From the NCBI GenBank assembly GCA_963701855.1, contig CAVPBK010000009.1, positions 192,001-256,000 of the forward strand: DNA of 64,000 nt. The letters run 5' to 3'. The position numbers were made by a program, and so were the translations under genes. Source of the DNA: Nitrospirota bacterium (lineage in GTDB: Bacteria; Nitrospirota; Nitrospiria; Nitrospirales; Nitrospiraceae). Position 1 is the first letter of the stretch. Each line of letters opens with the position of its first letter. Below, one piece after another: positions 49,816 to 60,093 of this stretch. The notes under the pieces were generated by a model. That model was not told the origin of the DNA. It worked only from the letters and a program-made list of their open reading frames with translations, and ran no database searches.

Positions 49816-51280
49816 CGGACCTCACCCTCTGTGATTCGACCGGTTTGGCGGTTTCCCCACGCGTCCCTTCGGTCGCCTGCCCGGGCGCGGCAGGGACAGG
49901 AGACCACCCTCCTCCAAGAGCTTTATAGAGCTGAACGACCGAGACCAACTGATTACGGCGCGTCCGAGCCAGAGACAGCTCCGCATTGAACAGGTCGCGC
50001 TGGGCGGTCAGTACGTCAAGATAGTTGGCGCGGCCGCCCTGGTAACGCAGGTCGGCCAGCCGCAACGCGGACTGTAACGCCTCCACCTGCTGCTCCAGCG
50101 CCTCGCGCTGCTCGCGGGTTTTCTGCACGCTGATCAGCGAGTCTTCGACTTCCTGAAACGCCTGTAGGATCGTCTTGAGATATTGTGCAATGGCCTGGTT
50201 GCCCTGCGCCTCGGCGACCTTCACCTGGTAGCCGAGCGCGCTCGCGTTGAAGATCGGTCCGGTCAGCGAAGCCTGGCCCGTGAAGGCCGCAAAGGGCTTG
50301 CTGGAGCTCGAACTCACCGTGAGACTATTTGCGGACATATCGCCGGTGAGCGACAGTTGAGGAAACCGAGCCGCCTGCGCCACGCCGATGTTGGCCGACG
50401 CGGCCATCAGACTCTGCTCGGCCATCATAATGTCAGGCCTCCGCTGGAGCAGCTCGGAGGGCAGGCCGGGCGGCACGTCCGTAGGCACGGGCTGCTCGAT
50501 GAGCAGCCGTCCACGCGGAACCGCCGAGGGCTTGCGTCCCAGCAGCACGCTGATCTGGTTCTCCCGCTGGACGACCTGTCGTTCCAGGTCGGCCAGTTGG
50601 GCGGCCGCGCCGGCACGCTCCGCCATGAACCGATCCAAGTCAAGCTTGGGTATGTCGCCCTGCTGATAGCGAAGCTTTGAGATTCGGACCGACTCCTCCC
50701 AGGCCTTCACCGTCCGCTTGGCGATATCTATCTGAAGGTCCAGGGAACGGAGGTCGAAGTAGCTCTCCGCGACACCACTGACCAGACTCAAGATCACGAC
50801 CCGTTGATTTTCCTGTTTCGACAGCAATTGGGCGCGAGACGCCTCGATCGAGCGGCGGATGCGTCCCCACAGATCCAGTTCCCACTTGAGGCCGACGCCG
50901 ATGGCTTCACGGTTGATCGACAACCCGTTTTTCTGACTCTCTGGAATCGCACCACCCCCGATCGGGAAAGCCGAGGTGTTCGTGTTCCGAAAACCGAAGG
51001 CGGTGCCTTGGTAGGAGAAGGAGGGGATGAGATCGAACTTGGAAATCGTATACTGGGCCTGAAATTCATCAATGTTGGCGGTGGCGATCTGGAGGTCCAG
51101 ATTCTCCATCAGGGCGGTGCGGATCAACTGCTGCAACGTCTCGTCCTTGAGCAATTCCCACCAGGGCAGGTTTGCCATGGATTCTGAGGTGGCGGCCGTC
51201 ACTCGCCAGGACTCGGCTTGCGGCGTCTCAGGCCGTTTGTAGTCCGGGCCCATCATGCAGCCCTGTAGCAAAAATGCCAC
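49805..51280 (-). CDS. RND efflux outer membrane lipoprotein (NodT/OprM family); 5' end anomalous
   Basis: GCMMGPDYKRP, WELDLWG, PSELLQRRPDI, LYKALGGGW. Confidence 0.92.
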   Translation of the reverse strand: MAFLLQGCMMGPDYKRPETPQAESWRVTAATSESMANLPWWELLKDETLQQLIRTALMENLDLQIATANIDEFQAQYTISKFDLIPSFSYQGTAFGFRNTNTSAFPIGGGAIPESQKNGLSINREAIGVGLKWELDLWGRIRRSIEASRAQLLSKQENQRVVILSLVSGVAESYFDLRSLDLQIDIAKRTVKAWEESVRISKLRYQQGDIPKLDLDRFMAERAGAAAQLADLERQVVQRENQISVLLGRKPSAVPRGRLLIEQPVPTDVPPGLPSELLQRRPDIMMAEQSLMAASANIGVAQAARFPQLSLTGDMSANSLTVSSSSSKPFAAFTGQASLTGPIFNASALGYQVKVAEAQGNQAIAQYLKTILQAFQEVEDSLISVQKTREQREALEQQVEALQSALRLADLRYQGGRANYLDVLTAQRDLFNAELSLARTRRNQLVSVVQLYKALGGGWSPVPAAPGQATEGTRGETAKPVESQRVRSVDR

Positions 51281-51408
51281 ACCTGTGAACAGGACGAGGC
51301 TAGCGAGAATCGCGTGACGGGCACAGACAGCCCTCGATAGCCTATGCGGTGTCTCGCCTTTCTCGCTCTTTCGCGCTTCCTTCCCGCACGTCTCGCTTCC
51401 GATTCATC

Positions 51409-54400
51409 TCAATGCCCTCCTCCGTAACTTCCGCCATCAGGTACAGGGGTTGGCGACAGCGCCGGCCGCAGGGTCGGATGGGAGAGTTCCCCGTCGCCGG
51501 TCTTCTTGGGAGCCCCTGGCGCAGGCCCGCCCGGTTTTGGCCTCTCGTGTTTCCCGCCGAGATGCACCAACGTCTCCACCACATAGTAGGAGACCGGAAC
51601 CAGAAAGATGCCGATCACGCTTGCCGCCGTCATCCCGCCGAACACCGCGAGGCCGAGGAGGATGCGCGCGTGCGCGCCGGCCCCCGACGAGAGAATCAGC
51701 GGCACCACCCCGAGGATGAATGCAAAGGCCGTCATGAGAATCGGGCGCAGCCGCAGCTTGGCGGCGGACAGGGCGGCGTCCGTGATGCTCTTGCCCTGTG
51801 CGTATTCCTCCTTCGCGAACTCGATGATCAGGATCGCGTTTTTGGCGGAGAGACCGATCAGCATCACGAGACCGATCTGGACGAACACGTCGTTTTCGCT
51901 CGCTTGTGGCGCCACCAGCTTGAAGAGATATAACGTACCGAACGCGCCGAACACGGCGATCGGGGTTCCGATAAGTACGCTGAACGGGAGAGCCCAGCTC
52001 TCGTACTGCGCCGCGAGAATCAAAAAGACGAAGAGCAGAGAAAATCCGAATATGACGCTGGCCGGCACGCCCTCAGCCGCCACCTTTTCCTGAAAAGACA
52101 TGGCAATGTAATCGTAGCCCATCTCAACAGGCATAGTCTCCTTGAACACCTCTTCAAGCGCCTGCATCACCTGGCCGGAACTGTAGCCCGTTGCAGCCGA
52201 GACGAACAACTGAGCGCCCCGATAGCCATTGAACCGCATCGTAAACTCCGGCCCCTCTACGGTCTCCATGGAGACCAGAGTGGAGAGCGGTACCATCTCG
52301 CCCGTTACATTCTTCACGTAGAACTGGCCGACATTCTCGGGCATGGTCCGGAACTCGCCGTCGGCCTGCAGATAGACCTGCCACACGCGGCCGAACCGGT
52401 TGAAGTAGTTGATCATCACGCCGCCCATGAAGGCCTGCAGCGTCTGGTACACGTCGCCGAGGTTGACTCCCTGCTTCAGGGCTTTCTCACGGTCCACTCT
52501 CGCGAACACTTGCGGGACACTGGCGAGCAAGGTGGTATTCACCTTGGCAATTTCCGGGCGCTTACGCGCCGCCTCCATGAAGGTCAGCGTGTTCTGGGCC
52601 AGAAAAGCCACCTCCTTGCCGGCGCGGTCCTCGAGGATGAATGAGACGCCGCCCGAGGTGCCGACACCCGGGATGGCCGGCGGCGGGAAGACGAAGGCCT
52701 GCGCCCCGGACAACTCGCCCAGCTTCTCATTGATGGTACGGTAGATCGACTGCAGTTTCTCCTCCGGCTTCTTACGTTCATCCCACGGCGCGAGCGTCAC
52801 AAACATAAACCCATTGTATGTAGACGTGACCGTGCTCAAGAGGCTGAACCCGACAACCGTCGAAACGTACTGCACGCCGGGCGTCTCTTTCAATATCGCC
52901 TCGATCTCTTTACAGACCTCATTCGTGCGTTGAAGGGACGCCGCCGTCGGCAACTGTACGTTCAAATACAAGTACCCCTGGTCTTCAAGCGGCAGGAATC
53001 CGGACGGCAGTTGCGAGCCGAACCAGCCGGTCGCGAGGCTGACCAAGAGGAGAAAGAGCATCGAGAGGCCGGCTTTACGAATCAGAGAGCCGCAGATACT
53101 CACATATCCGTCCGTCACACGGCCAAACCCCCGGTTGAACCATCCGAAGAACCAACCGAGCGGACCTCGCGCCGGTTTCTTCGGCCGTAACAACAAGGCC
53201 GCGAGGGCGGGGCTGAGCGTGAGCGCGTTGAAGGCCGAGATGACGACCGACACGGCGATGGTGACGGCGAACTGCTGGTACAGCCGGCCGGTAATGCCCG
53301 GAATAAAGGCAGTCGGCACGAACACCGCGACCAGGATCAGCGCAATGGCCACGACCGGCCCTGAGACCTGTTCCATGGCCTTGAGCGTCGCGTCCTTGGG
53401 TGAGAGGCCCTTTTCAATCAGGTGCTCCACGGCTTCGACCACCACGATCGCGTCGTCCACGACCAAGCCAATGGCGAGCACGAGACCGAAGAGGGACAGG
53501 GTGTTGATCGAGAAGCCGAGCATCGGAAACAGCATGAAGGTGCCCACCAGCGATACCGGCACTGCCAACAACGGGATCAACGTGGCGCGCCAGCCCTGGA
53601 GAAAAATATAGACGACGATGATCACGAGGACCAGGGCTTCGAAGAGGGTGTGCACAATCTCATTGATGCCCTCCCGCACCGAGAGGGTGGTATCGAGCGA
53701 CGTCACGTAGTCCAGGTCGGCCGGGAACCGCTGCTTCAGATCCTTCATCAGCTTCGTCGCCCGATCCATCGCATCGATCGCGTTTGAGCCTGGCAGTTGG
53801 TAAATGGCGATGAGGGCGGAGGACTTGCCGTTCATTCGGCCGATCTGGCTATAGGACTGGGCCCCCAGCTCAACCCTCGCGACGTCCTTCAGCCGCACCA
53901 GGGATCCGTCGATATTTGCCCGCACGACGATCGCCTCGAACTCCTCCTTGGTGAGCAACCGGCCCTGGGCCCGCACGGTATAGGTGAATTCCTGTCCGGG
54001 CGGCACGGGCTCGGCGCCGACCTGCCCAGCCGGGTTGACGGTGTTCTGCTTCTTCACCGCGTCCAGAATCTCTGGCACCGTGATGTTCAGCTTGGCCAGC
54101 ACGTCCGGCCGCACCCAAAACCGCATCGCGTATTCCCCGGCGCCGAAGATCGTGACCTGCCCGATGCCCGGCACGCGCGCCATGGGATCGTTGATATTGA
54201 TGTTGGCGTAATTGGTCAGCCAGATGTTGTCGTAGGTCCCGTTGGGGGAGTAGAGCGAAAAGAGCGCCAGCGGGCTGGTAGTGGACTTTTTGATCGTGAC
54301 GCCATAGTTCCGCACTTCCTGCGGCAACTTGGATTCAGCCTGTGTGTAGCGCATCTGCGACAGGATCTGGTCGTCGTTCGGCTTCGTCGTCACGTCGAAG

Positions 54401-54678
54401 TCCACGTACAGCTTCGTCTGTCCGTTGCTGGCGTTGATCGAATACATGTAGATCATGTTGTCCACGCCCTGCATCTGCTGCTCGATCGGCGTGGCAACCG
54501 ACTGCTCAAGCGTGACGGCGTCCGCGCCCACGTAAGTGGCGCTCAACTGGATTTCCGGCGGCGCAATGTTAGGAAATTGTGCGATGGGAAGCTGGACCAT
54601 GGCGACGATGCCGATCACCGTCATCAGGATCGAAATAACGATCGCCACGATCGGGCGATTGACGAAGAACCTGGCCAT
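51409..54678 (-). CDS. HAE1-family RND efflux permease (AcrB/MexF-like)
   Basis: MARFFVNRPI, GLVVDDAIVVVE, GLSAKNAILI, RLRPILMT; true start 54678, not ORF-track 55104. Confidence 0.95.
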   Translation of the reverse strand: MARFFVNRPIVAIVISILMTVIGIVAMVQLPIAQFPNIAPPEIQLSATYVGADAVTLEQSVATPIEQQMQGVDNMIYMYSINASNGQTKLYVDFDVTTKPNDDQILSQMRYTQAESKLPQEVRNYGVTIKKSTTSPLALFSLYSPNGTYDNIWLTNYANININDPMARVPGIGQVTIFGAGEYAMRFWVRPDVLAKLNITVPEILDAVKKQNTVNPAGQVGAEPVPPGQEFTYTVRAQGRLLTKEEFEAIVVRANIDGSLVRLKDVARVELGAQSYSQIGRMNGKSSALIAIYQLPGSNAIDAMDRATKLMKDLKQRFPADLDYVTSLDTTLSVREGINEIVHTLFEALVLVIIVVYIFLQGWRATLIPLLAVPVSLVGTFMLFPMLGFSINTLSLFGLVLAIGLVVDDAIVVVEAVEHLIEKGLSPKDATLKAMEQVSGPVVAIALILVAVFVPTAFIPGITGRLYQQFAVTIAVSVVISAFNALTLSPALAALLLRPKKPARGPLGWFFGWFNRGFGRVTDGYVSICGSLIRKAGLSMLFLLLVSLATGWFGSQLPSGFLPLEDQGYLYLNVQLPTAASLQRTNEVCKEIEAILKETPGVQYVSTVVGFSLLSTVTSTYNGFMFVTLAPWDERKKPEEKLQSIYRTINEKLGELSGAQAFVFPPPAIPGVGTSGGVSFILEDRAGKEVAFLAQNTLTFMEAARKRPEIAKVNTTLLASVPQVFARVDREKALKQGVNLGDVYQTLQAFMGGVMINYFNRFGRVWQVYLQADGEFRTMPENVGQFYVKNVTGEMVPLSTLVSMETVEGPEFTMRFNGYRGAQLFVSAATGYSSGQVMQALEEVFKETMPVEMGYDYIAMSFQEKVAAEGVPASVIFGFSLLFVFLILAAQYESWALPFSVLIGTPIAVFGAFGTLYLFKLVAPQASENDVFVQIGLVMLIGLSAKNAILIIEFAKEEYAQGKSITDAALSAAKLRLRPILMTAFAFILGVVPLILSSGAGAHARILLGLAVFGGMTAASVIGIFLVPVSYYVVETLVHLGGKHERPKPGGPAPGAPKKTGDGELSHPTLRPALSPTPVPDGGSYGGGH

Positions 54679-55901
54679 CAGTTGTCCTTCGAAGAGGGCT
54701 CCGGTTGCGCGGCAGGCGCATCCGGTGCTGTCTGCGGTTCCGTTTCGAACGGAAGGGGGCGGATGGAATCCCCGGCTTTCAGTTTCTGGAGGCCCTCGAC
54801 GACTACCTTCTCTCCGGGCTTGAGTCCCTGCGCAATGATCCACTGGGAGCCGATGCGTTCGCCGACGGTCACCGGCCGAGTCTCCACCTTGTTCTCCGGC
54901 GTGACGACTGCAACCTGGTAGCTGCCCTGCTGTTCGCTCACGGCGCGCTGGGGGACCAGCAGGGCGCCCTGACGAACCGTAACGGAGGCGCGGACCTTCG
55001 CGTACTGGCCCGGTCGCATCACGTTCCCGGGGTTGGGAAACAGAGCGGCGACGCGGATCGTGCCGGTCTTCACATCCACTTGCCGGTCCGCGAGGAAGAA
55101 CCATCCCTTGTGGGGATAGATTTCGCCGTTGCTGAGCACCATTTCGATGCGGGCATCTTTACGCGCTATCGTGGGATCCTGCGTCTCCTGATAACGCTCC
55201 GTCATCAGCCCTGAGAGCTTGAGGTATTCCTGCTCGCTGATCGGAAAATACACCCGGATCGGATCGAGAGTAGACATCGACGTCAACGCGCTGTTGGCAT
55301 CAATCAGATCACCGACCTGCGCCTTGGCAATGCCCACAACTCCGTTGATCGGCGCAAGGACTTTCGTCCATTCCAGGTTCAGCTTCGCCTGATCCACCGC
55401 CGCCTTGGCGGATTCTACGGCAGCCCCCGCGGCCTGATTGGCCTGCACGGAGTCTTGGAACTCCTTCAGACTGATCGCGCCTTCCTTTGCCAGCGGCTGG
55501 TTCCGAGCCACATCGAGCTTCGTCTTGGTGAGCTGCGCCTGCGCCCGCTTGAAGTCACCCGCAGCCTGCTCGAGGGCGGCTTGAAACTTTCGCGGATCAA
55601 TTTGAAACAGGACGTCGCCTTTTTTAACTGCCCCACCTTCCCGATAGTCCCGCTTCAATAAATAACCGGTGACTTGCGACCGGATTTCCGCATTCACGAG
55701 GCCGTCCGTGGTACCGACCCACTCGGAGAAAATCGGCACATCTTTCTGTATCACTTCGGCGACCTGGACCTGGGGCACGGGAGCTGGTGGGGCAGAAGCG
55801 GTCTCGCCTTTGCAGTGAACGAGCGTCAACGCCAACAGGATCAACAACCAGAACGACGCTGCCGCTTTAGGCAGACTTACACTACTCTGTTGATGGACCA
55901 T
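54678..55901 (-). CDS. RND membrane fusion protein
   Basis: EIRSQVTGYL, GDVLFQIDP, APINGVVG, PGQYAKV, GLKPGEKVVVEG. Confidence 0.95.
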   Translation of the reverse strand: MVHQQSSVSLPKAAASFWLLILLALTLVHCKGETASAPPAPVPQVQVAEVIQKDVPIFSEWVGTTDGLVNAEIRSQVTGYLLKRDYREGGAVKKGDVLFQIDPRKFQAALEQAAGDFKRAQAQLTKTKLDVARNQPLAKEGAISLKEFQDSVQANQAAGAAVESAKAAVDQAKLNLEWTKVLAPINGVVGIAKAQVGDLIDANSALTSMSTLDPIRVYFPISEQEYLKLSGLMTERYQETQDPTIARKDARIEMVLSNGEIYPHKGWFFLADRQVDVKTGTIRVAALFPNPGNVMRPGQYAKVRASVTVRQGALLVPQRAVSEQQGSYQVAVVTPENKVETRPVTVGERIGSQWIIAQGLKPGEKVVVEGLQKLKAGDSIRPLPFETEPQTAPDAPAAQPEPSSKDN

Positions 55902-55984
55902 TGACGTTTCCTCACTCGTTGATTCGCATCAGAGGTGTCAAAACTTTTGAACAGCCTCTTTTCGCAACTCCCGTTAGGTAATTC

Positions 55985-56001
55985 AGCAACTCCGATGCCA
56001 A
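55985..56001 (-). promoter_or_regulatory. Putative sigma54 promoter of the RND-pqi operon
   Basis: Minus strand TTGGCATCGGAGTTGCT, about 85 bp upstream of the MFP start. Confidence 0.65.
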
Positions 56002-56254
56002 TTTAGACAAACACAACACAGTCTCAGTAAACATAGATTCACTGAGTGATTCGGCAATGGAGATGACGATCGCACCCAGTCCTGCCTACGTTTGCGGGGA
56101 ATTATACGACAATTGATAGCAGGAGAGTGCGGCGAAATGCAACAGTGGAAGAATCCCAGATGGCGATGTCTGACTCAAGCGAGACGGGCGAGAATGGGCG
56201 GGAAAAGCAGGACGGAGGAGAATGGACAAACGTGCGCCCACTCATGTTTTTCCC

Positions 56255-57568
56255 TCAGGCAGATAGACTCTTTTCCATCAGCTTTAGAGCCACGAGCAGG
56301 TTCGCTTGTGTCCACAAGAGAGGCGTTTGGTCATTAGGTACATATCTTCCTCTCTCCAGATAGTAGGCCTCCGGGCATTGGAATTCTTGAATGCCCTTGA
56401 CCTTCCCCGTGAGCTGGCCAAGCGAACGATTGAAGTAGTAGGTCTGTAGGGTGAGATCCCCTCTCCTTGCGGTACGTTGGTATCTTCGGCCGTACGCAGC
56501 CGACATGATGGGATCGAACAGACACCATTGAGCCTCCTGCCCCGGTGCAAGGAGTTTATTTCTCATCTCAACCCTGTCGCTGAAATCGACCGTGCGTTGC
56601 GTCGGGTCTAATTTCTCCTTGTAGTCGGCAGCCCAATAGGAATCACCGATGTACCGCTTGATTCCGTACGGACCCTCCAGACTCCCGGCAATGTCCTTGA
56701 GAATACGACCCCGCATCGCCTCTCCAACGACCTCAAGGGGGTAGACGAGAAATAAGAGCGCGCCATCGTATCGTCGCTTCTTCGTCGAAGACGTTTGGAC
56801 ACATTCATGAGGCAGAATCCTCTTGAGCTCGTTTCGTCCACGTCGCTCCAGCCTGCTCAGAAAGGTGTCGGAGACCCGCGAACTCCGGTCCTTGAGAGCC
56901 GCGCCTGCGCGTCCATCAGATAAGAACGCTCGAAGCTTTGCCAGCCCGGCCACCACCGCTCCGATACTTGAGGCTTCGATCTTCCGTCCTTCTTCCCAAT
57001 GCCCACTGTCCTCGTCCGCCCAATAGCGAATGGCCTCAAAATAACGCGGGAAGAGCGACAGTGTCTCTACCTCATGAGGTGGCGGCTTCAAGATCCCTTC
57101 GCAGGCGAGCCTGCAGTACATCCACAGAAAAATGCCGAGCGCATCGTTCTGCGCATGGGCCCACGTTTCTCGAGACTCCTGAAGGGTGGCGCCATTGAAA
57201 CGGACATGAGGGCGGGACATGGGATCGGCACTCTTGGCTCTCCCCTGGATGAGGTCCTCAAACCGGTGTCGGTTCCGGGCGAAGAACTGTATCAGGGCGG
57301 ACATGATTTGCGCAGCGGCACGCGGGCGGCCAGAGACATACAAGGCATGACTCACATGGACGTTATCCCGGACCCAGACATGCTGGTATCCGCTCCGGCT
57401 GGTTGAACGAGTGACGATGGCAGCAGGAAACAAGTGCGTGCGAAGCGGAGCGAACTTGAACGTGCCTTGACGCTCAAGAAAACGCCGGAGCTGTCTCAGC
57501 CGCGCCGGATCATAATGGTCCGTCATGTAAGGCAGGAGTTTCTCGTTCTGCACAACAATTGGGGGCAT
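56255..57568 (-). CDS. Glycoside hydrolase family 15-like (phosphorylase kinase alpha/beta-like) protein
   Basis: GYQHVWVRDN, WAHAQND, DSGHWEE, GIKRYIGDSY, PLLWTQA. Confidence 0.8.
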   Translation of the reverse strand: MPPIVVQNEKLLPYMTDHYDPARLRQLRRFLERQGTFKFAPLRTHLFPAAIVTRSTSRSGYQHVWVRDNVHVSHALYVSGRPRAAAQIMSALIQFFARNRHRFEDLIQGRAKSADPMSRPHVRFNGATLQESRETWAHAQNDALGIFLWMYCRLACEGILKPPPHEVETLSLFPRYFEAIRYWADEDSGHWEEGRKIEASSIGAVVAGLAKLRAFLSDGRAGAALKDRSSRVSDTFLSRLERRGRNELKRILPHECVQTSSTKKRRYDGALLFLVYPLEVVGEAMRGRILKDIAGSLEGPYGIKRYIGDSYWAADYKEKLDPTQRTVDFSDRVEMRNKLLAPGQEAQWCLFDPIMSAAYGRRYQRTARRGDLTLQTYYFNRSLGQLTGKVKGIQEFQCPEAYYLERGRYVPNDQTPLLWTQANLLVALKLMEKSLSA

Positions 57569-57755
57569 GTCCAGATTCCGGGTTACTATACGAGCGCTTT
57601 ATGTGGCTGGAATCTACTCTAAGAGATGAACGACATCAAATAAAAACCCCCGCCCATCAGAGATATTCGAACCGAAGGTCTCTCCCTCACTCTCCACTAC
57701 TTCTACTTCCTTGACCTCGTAAACCGGCGAATGATAGCCTCGCCTCCCTCTGTAG

Positions 57756-57873
57756 TTGGTCTGGTTCATCTGGTCTATCTCGTCTGTCTGGTCTATCCGG
57801 TTAGTCTGGTTCAAACTAAATAAACAAGAAAGACCGGACAGACGAGATAGACCAGATAGACAAAACAGACCAG
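57756..57873. repeat. REP-like palindromic 9-mer periodic element
   Basis: 27-bp arms at 57768-57794 and 57831-57857 are inverted copies with one mismatch. Confidence 0.85.
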
Positions 57874-57891
57874 CACAAACGAGGAGATTCC

Positions 57892-59361
57892 ATGAAGCAT
57901 TTTCTACTGGGCATCCTGTGCGTCTGTACCTCCCTAGCCCTGCCCGCCTTCGCGCAGGATCAACAACCATCGAAGAAACATGAGCTGGCACAAGCCCCTG
58001 TCTTCAAGCCCTGGACAGGGGACCTCGATGGGATGGTCAAGCGCCGCGTCATTCGCGCTTTGGTTGCACCCTCCCGCACGTCGTACTGGCTCAATGGCGC
58101 CCGGCAAACCGGTGTCGAATATGAGCTCCTCAAGGCTTTCGAAAAAGAAATCAACGAAAAATACAAGACACAGGGAAAGCATATCCGCATTTTTGTGACC
58201 ATTATCCCGACGAGGCCCGACCAGCTCATATCGGGACTGTTGGAAGGCCGCGGCGACATCGCCGCCGGTATCTTGACGGTCACGCCGGAACGCCTCGAAC
58301 AGATAGATTTTGGCGAGCCGTTCTTCCGCGGCGTCAGGCAAATCGTGGTGACGGGACCAGCGTCGCCCGAATTAGCCTCGATCGACGATCTTTCCGGCAA
58401 GGAAGTGTTCGTCCGCAAATCGTCGAGCTACTGGACTCATCTCGAAGATCTCAACGAGCGTTTCGCAAAAGAGCAAAGGCCACCGGTCATCCTCAAAGCC
58501 GCGCCGGAGGATCTGCAGGACGACGACCTGCTGGAAATGGTCCATGCGGGACTCGTCGGCACCATCGTCGTCAACCGGTATCAGGCACTGCTGTGGGCAA
58601 AAGTTTTCAAGAAGCTCAAGCCCCGGGAAGACCTGGAGGTGCACAAGGGAGGCGACATCGCCTGGATGATCCGCAAAGACAATCCGAAGCTGAAGGCGGA
58701 GATCGCCACATTCGCGAAGAACTATGGCCAGAAAACCGACTTCGGAAAGGCGCTGGTCAAGAAGTACACCGGCAGCCCACGGGTCGTAAAATCCGCGACG
58801 TCGTCCGACGAGATCAAGAAGTACCAGGCGACAGTCGAGTTCTTTCGAAAATACGGAGCCCAGTATGGCATGGACTATCTGCTCATGATGGCACAGGGCT
58901 ATCAGGAATCCCTGCTTGATCAGAACGCCAAGAGCGACGTCGGCGCGATCGGCGTGATGCAGCTGATGCCGGCCACCGGCAAGGAGATGAACACCGGCGA
59001 CGTTTCGCAACTGGAACCCAACATCCACGCCGGCGTCAAGTACATCAGCATGATGCGGAATGAGTTCTTCGGGAGCGAGCCGATGGACGCGCGCAACAAG
59101 ACCCTCTTTTCATTTGCCGCATACAACGCCGGGCCCGGCCGCGTCCAGAAACTCCGGAAAGAAGCCGAAAAGCAGGGGCTCGATCCAAACGTCTGGTTCA
59201 ACAACGTCGAGGTCATCGCCGCGAAACGGATCGGGGAAGAGACGGTGACCTACGTGGCCAACATCTACAAATACTACGTGGCATATACGCTGGTCGAGCA
59301 ACAGCGAGCAGCAGGAGAGAAAACACGAAGCGAACTGCGGCTGGACGTTCCCAAGCAATGA
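57892..59361 (+). CDS. Second MltF-like lytic transglycosylase
   Basis: RBS GAGGAG; signal peptide; PWTGDLDGM, GYQESLL, GAIGVMQ, AAYNAG. Confidence 0.9.
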   Translation: MKHFLLGILCVCTSLALPAFAQDQQPSKKHELAQAPVFKPWTGDLDGMVKRRVIRALVAPSRTSYWLNGARQTGVEYELLKAFEKEINEKYKTQGKHIRIFVTIIPTRPDQLISGLLEGRGDIAAGILTVTPERLEQIDFGEPFFRGVRQIVVTGPASPELASIDDLSGKEVFVRKSSSYWTHLEDLNERFAKEQRPPVILKAAPEDLQDDDLLEMVHAGLVGTIVVNRYQALLWAKVFKKLKPREDLEVHKGGDIAWMIRKDNPKLKAEIATFAKNYGQKTDFGKALVKKYTGSPRVVKSATSSDEIKKYQATVEFFRKYGAQYGMDYLLMMAQGYQESLLDQNAKSDVGAIGVMQLMPATGKEMNTGDVSQLEPNIHAGVKYISMMRNEFFGSEPMDARNKTLFSFAAYNAGPGRVQKLRKEAEKQGLDPNVWFNNVEVIAAKRIGEETVTYVANIYKYYVAYTLVEQQRAAGEKTRSELRLDVPKQ

Positions 59362-59529
59362 AACCTCCCTAGCCCGCCCAATTCATATACGTTTCTGCTG
59401 CAATCGCACGACAAGCGCGAAGAGCGCGACGGGCGGGAAAGGCGGGACGGGCCAGGAGGTTGACGCCTGAACACCTGAGTTGATCACTGCGACATCAGAA
59501 GTGCGCCTCATCCTCACAAGGAGACGACA

Positions 59530-60093
59530 ATGAAGACAAGAGCGATAACCGGGATCATGTGTGTGATACTTGCGCTCGCTGCCTTCCAGCCTTTCTCTGC
59601 AACGGCGGCCGGCAAATCGCCTGAAGCGGCTCAGATTGACCGCGACGTGGATAGTGCATTGAAGAAGCTGTATAAAACCACACCGGAGGCCGAGCTCTTT
59701 CGGAAGGAGGCCAAAGGCATCCTGGTATTTCCTGGCATCGTCAAAGGAGGATTTATTGTGGGCGCCTATTACGGCAAGGGCGCGCTCCGAAAGAACGCAA
59801 CGACAGTCGGCTATTACGACACTATGGCGGCCTCCTACGGCCTGCAGGCAGGAGTCCAAACGTTCGGGTATGTCCTGTTTTTCATGAACGACGAGGCACT
59901 TGCCTATCTCGACAAGAGTGACGGCTGGGAGGTCGGTGTGGGCCCGAGCATTGTCGTGATGGATGCCGGCGCGGCGAAGAGCCTGACCACGACGAGCGGC
60001 CGGAGCGATGTCTACGCATTCATTTTCAGCCAGAAGGGGTTGATGGCGGGGCTCGGACTGCAGGGATCGAAGATCACCAAGATTGACCCCTAG
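59530..60093 (+). CDS. Ysc84/SYLF lipid-binding domain exported protein
   Basis: AKGILVFP...GGFIVG..YGKGAL, ASYGLQAG, GLMAGLGLQGSKITKI. Confidence 0.88.
   Translation: MKTRAITGIMCVILALAAFQPFSATAAGKSPEAAQIDRDVDSALKKLYKTTPEAELFRKEAKGILVFPGIVKGGFIVGAYYGKGALRKNATTVGYYDTMAASYGLQAGVQTFGYVLFFMNDEALAYLDKSDGWEVGVGPSIVVMDAGAAKSLTTTSGRSDVYAFIFSQKGLMAGLGLQGSKITKIDP

Noticed and set aside
53797..54921. Long antisense ORFs (also 46724-47581, 48811-49683, 59383-60147, 62916-63986)
   Set aside because: Shadows of well-supported genes on the opposite strand in GC-rich DNA; no recognisable motifs
54679..55104. N-terminal extension of the RND permease (1231-aa ORF)
   Set aside because: Overlaps the MFP gene in another frame; the family N-terminus MARFFVNRP begins at 54678
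57756..57873. Possible CRISPR array
   Set aside because: Short 9-mer periodic palindrome with no unique spacers and no cas genes
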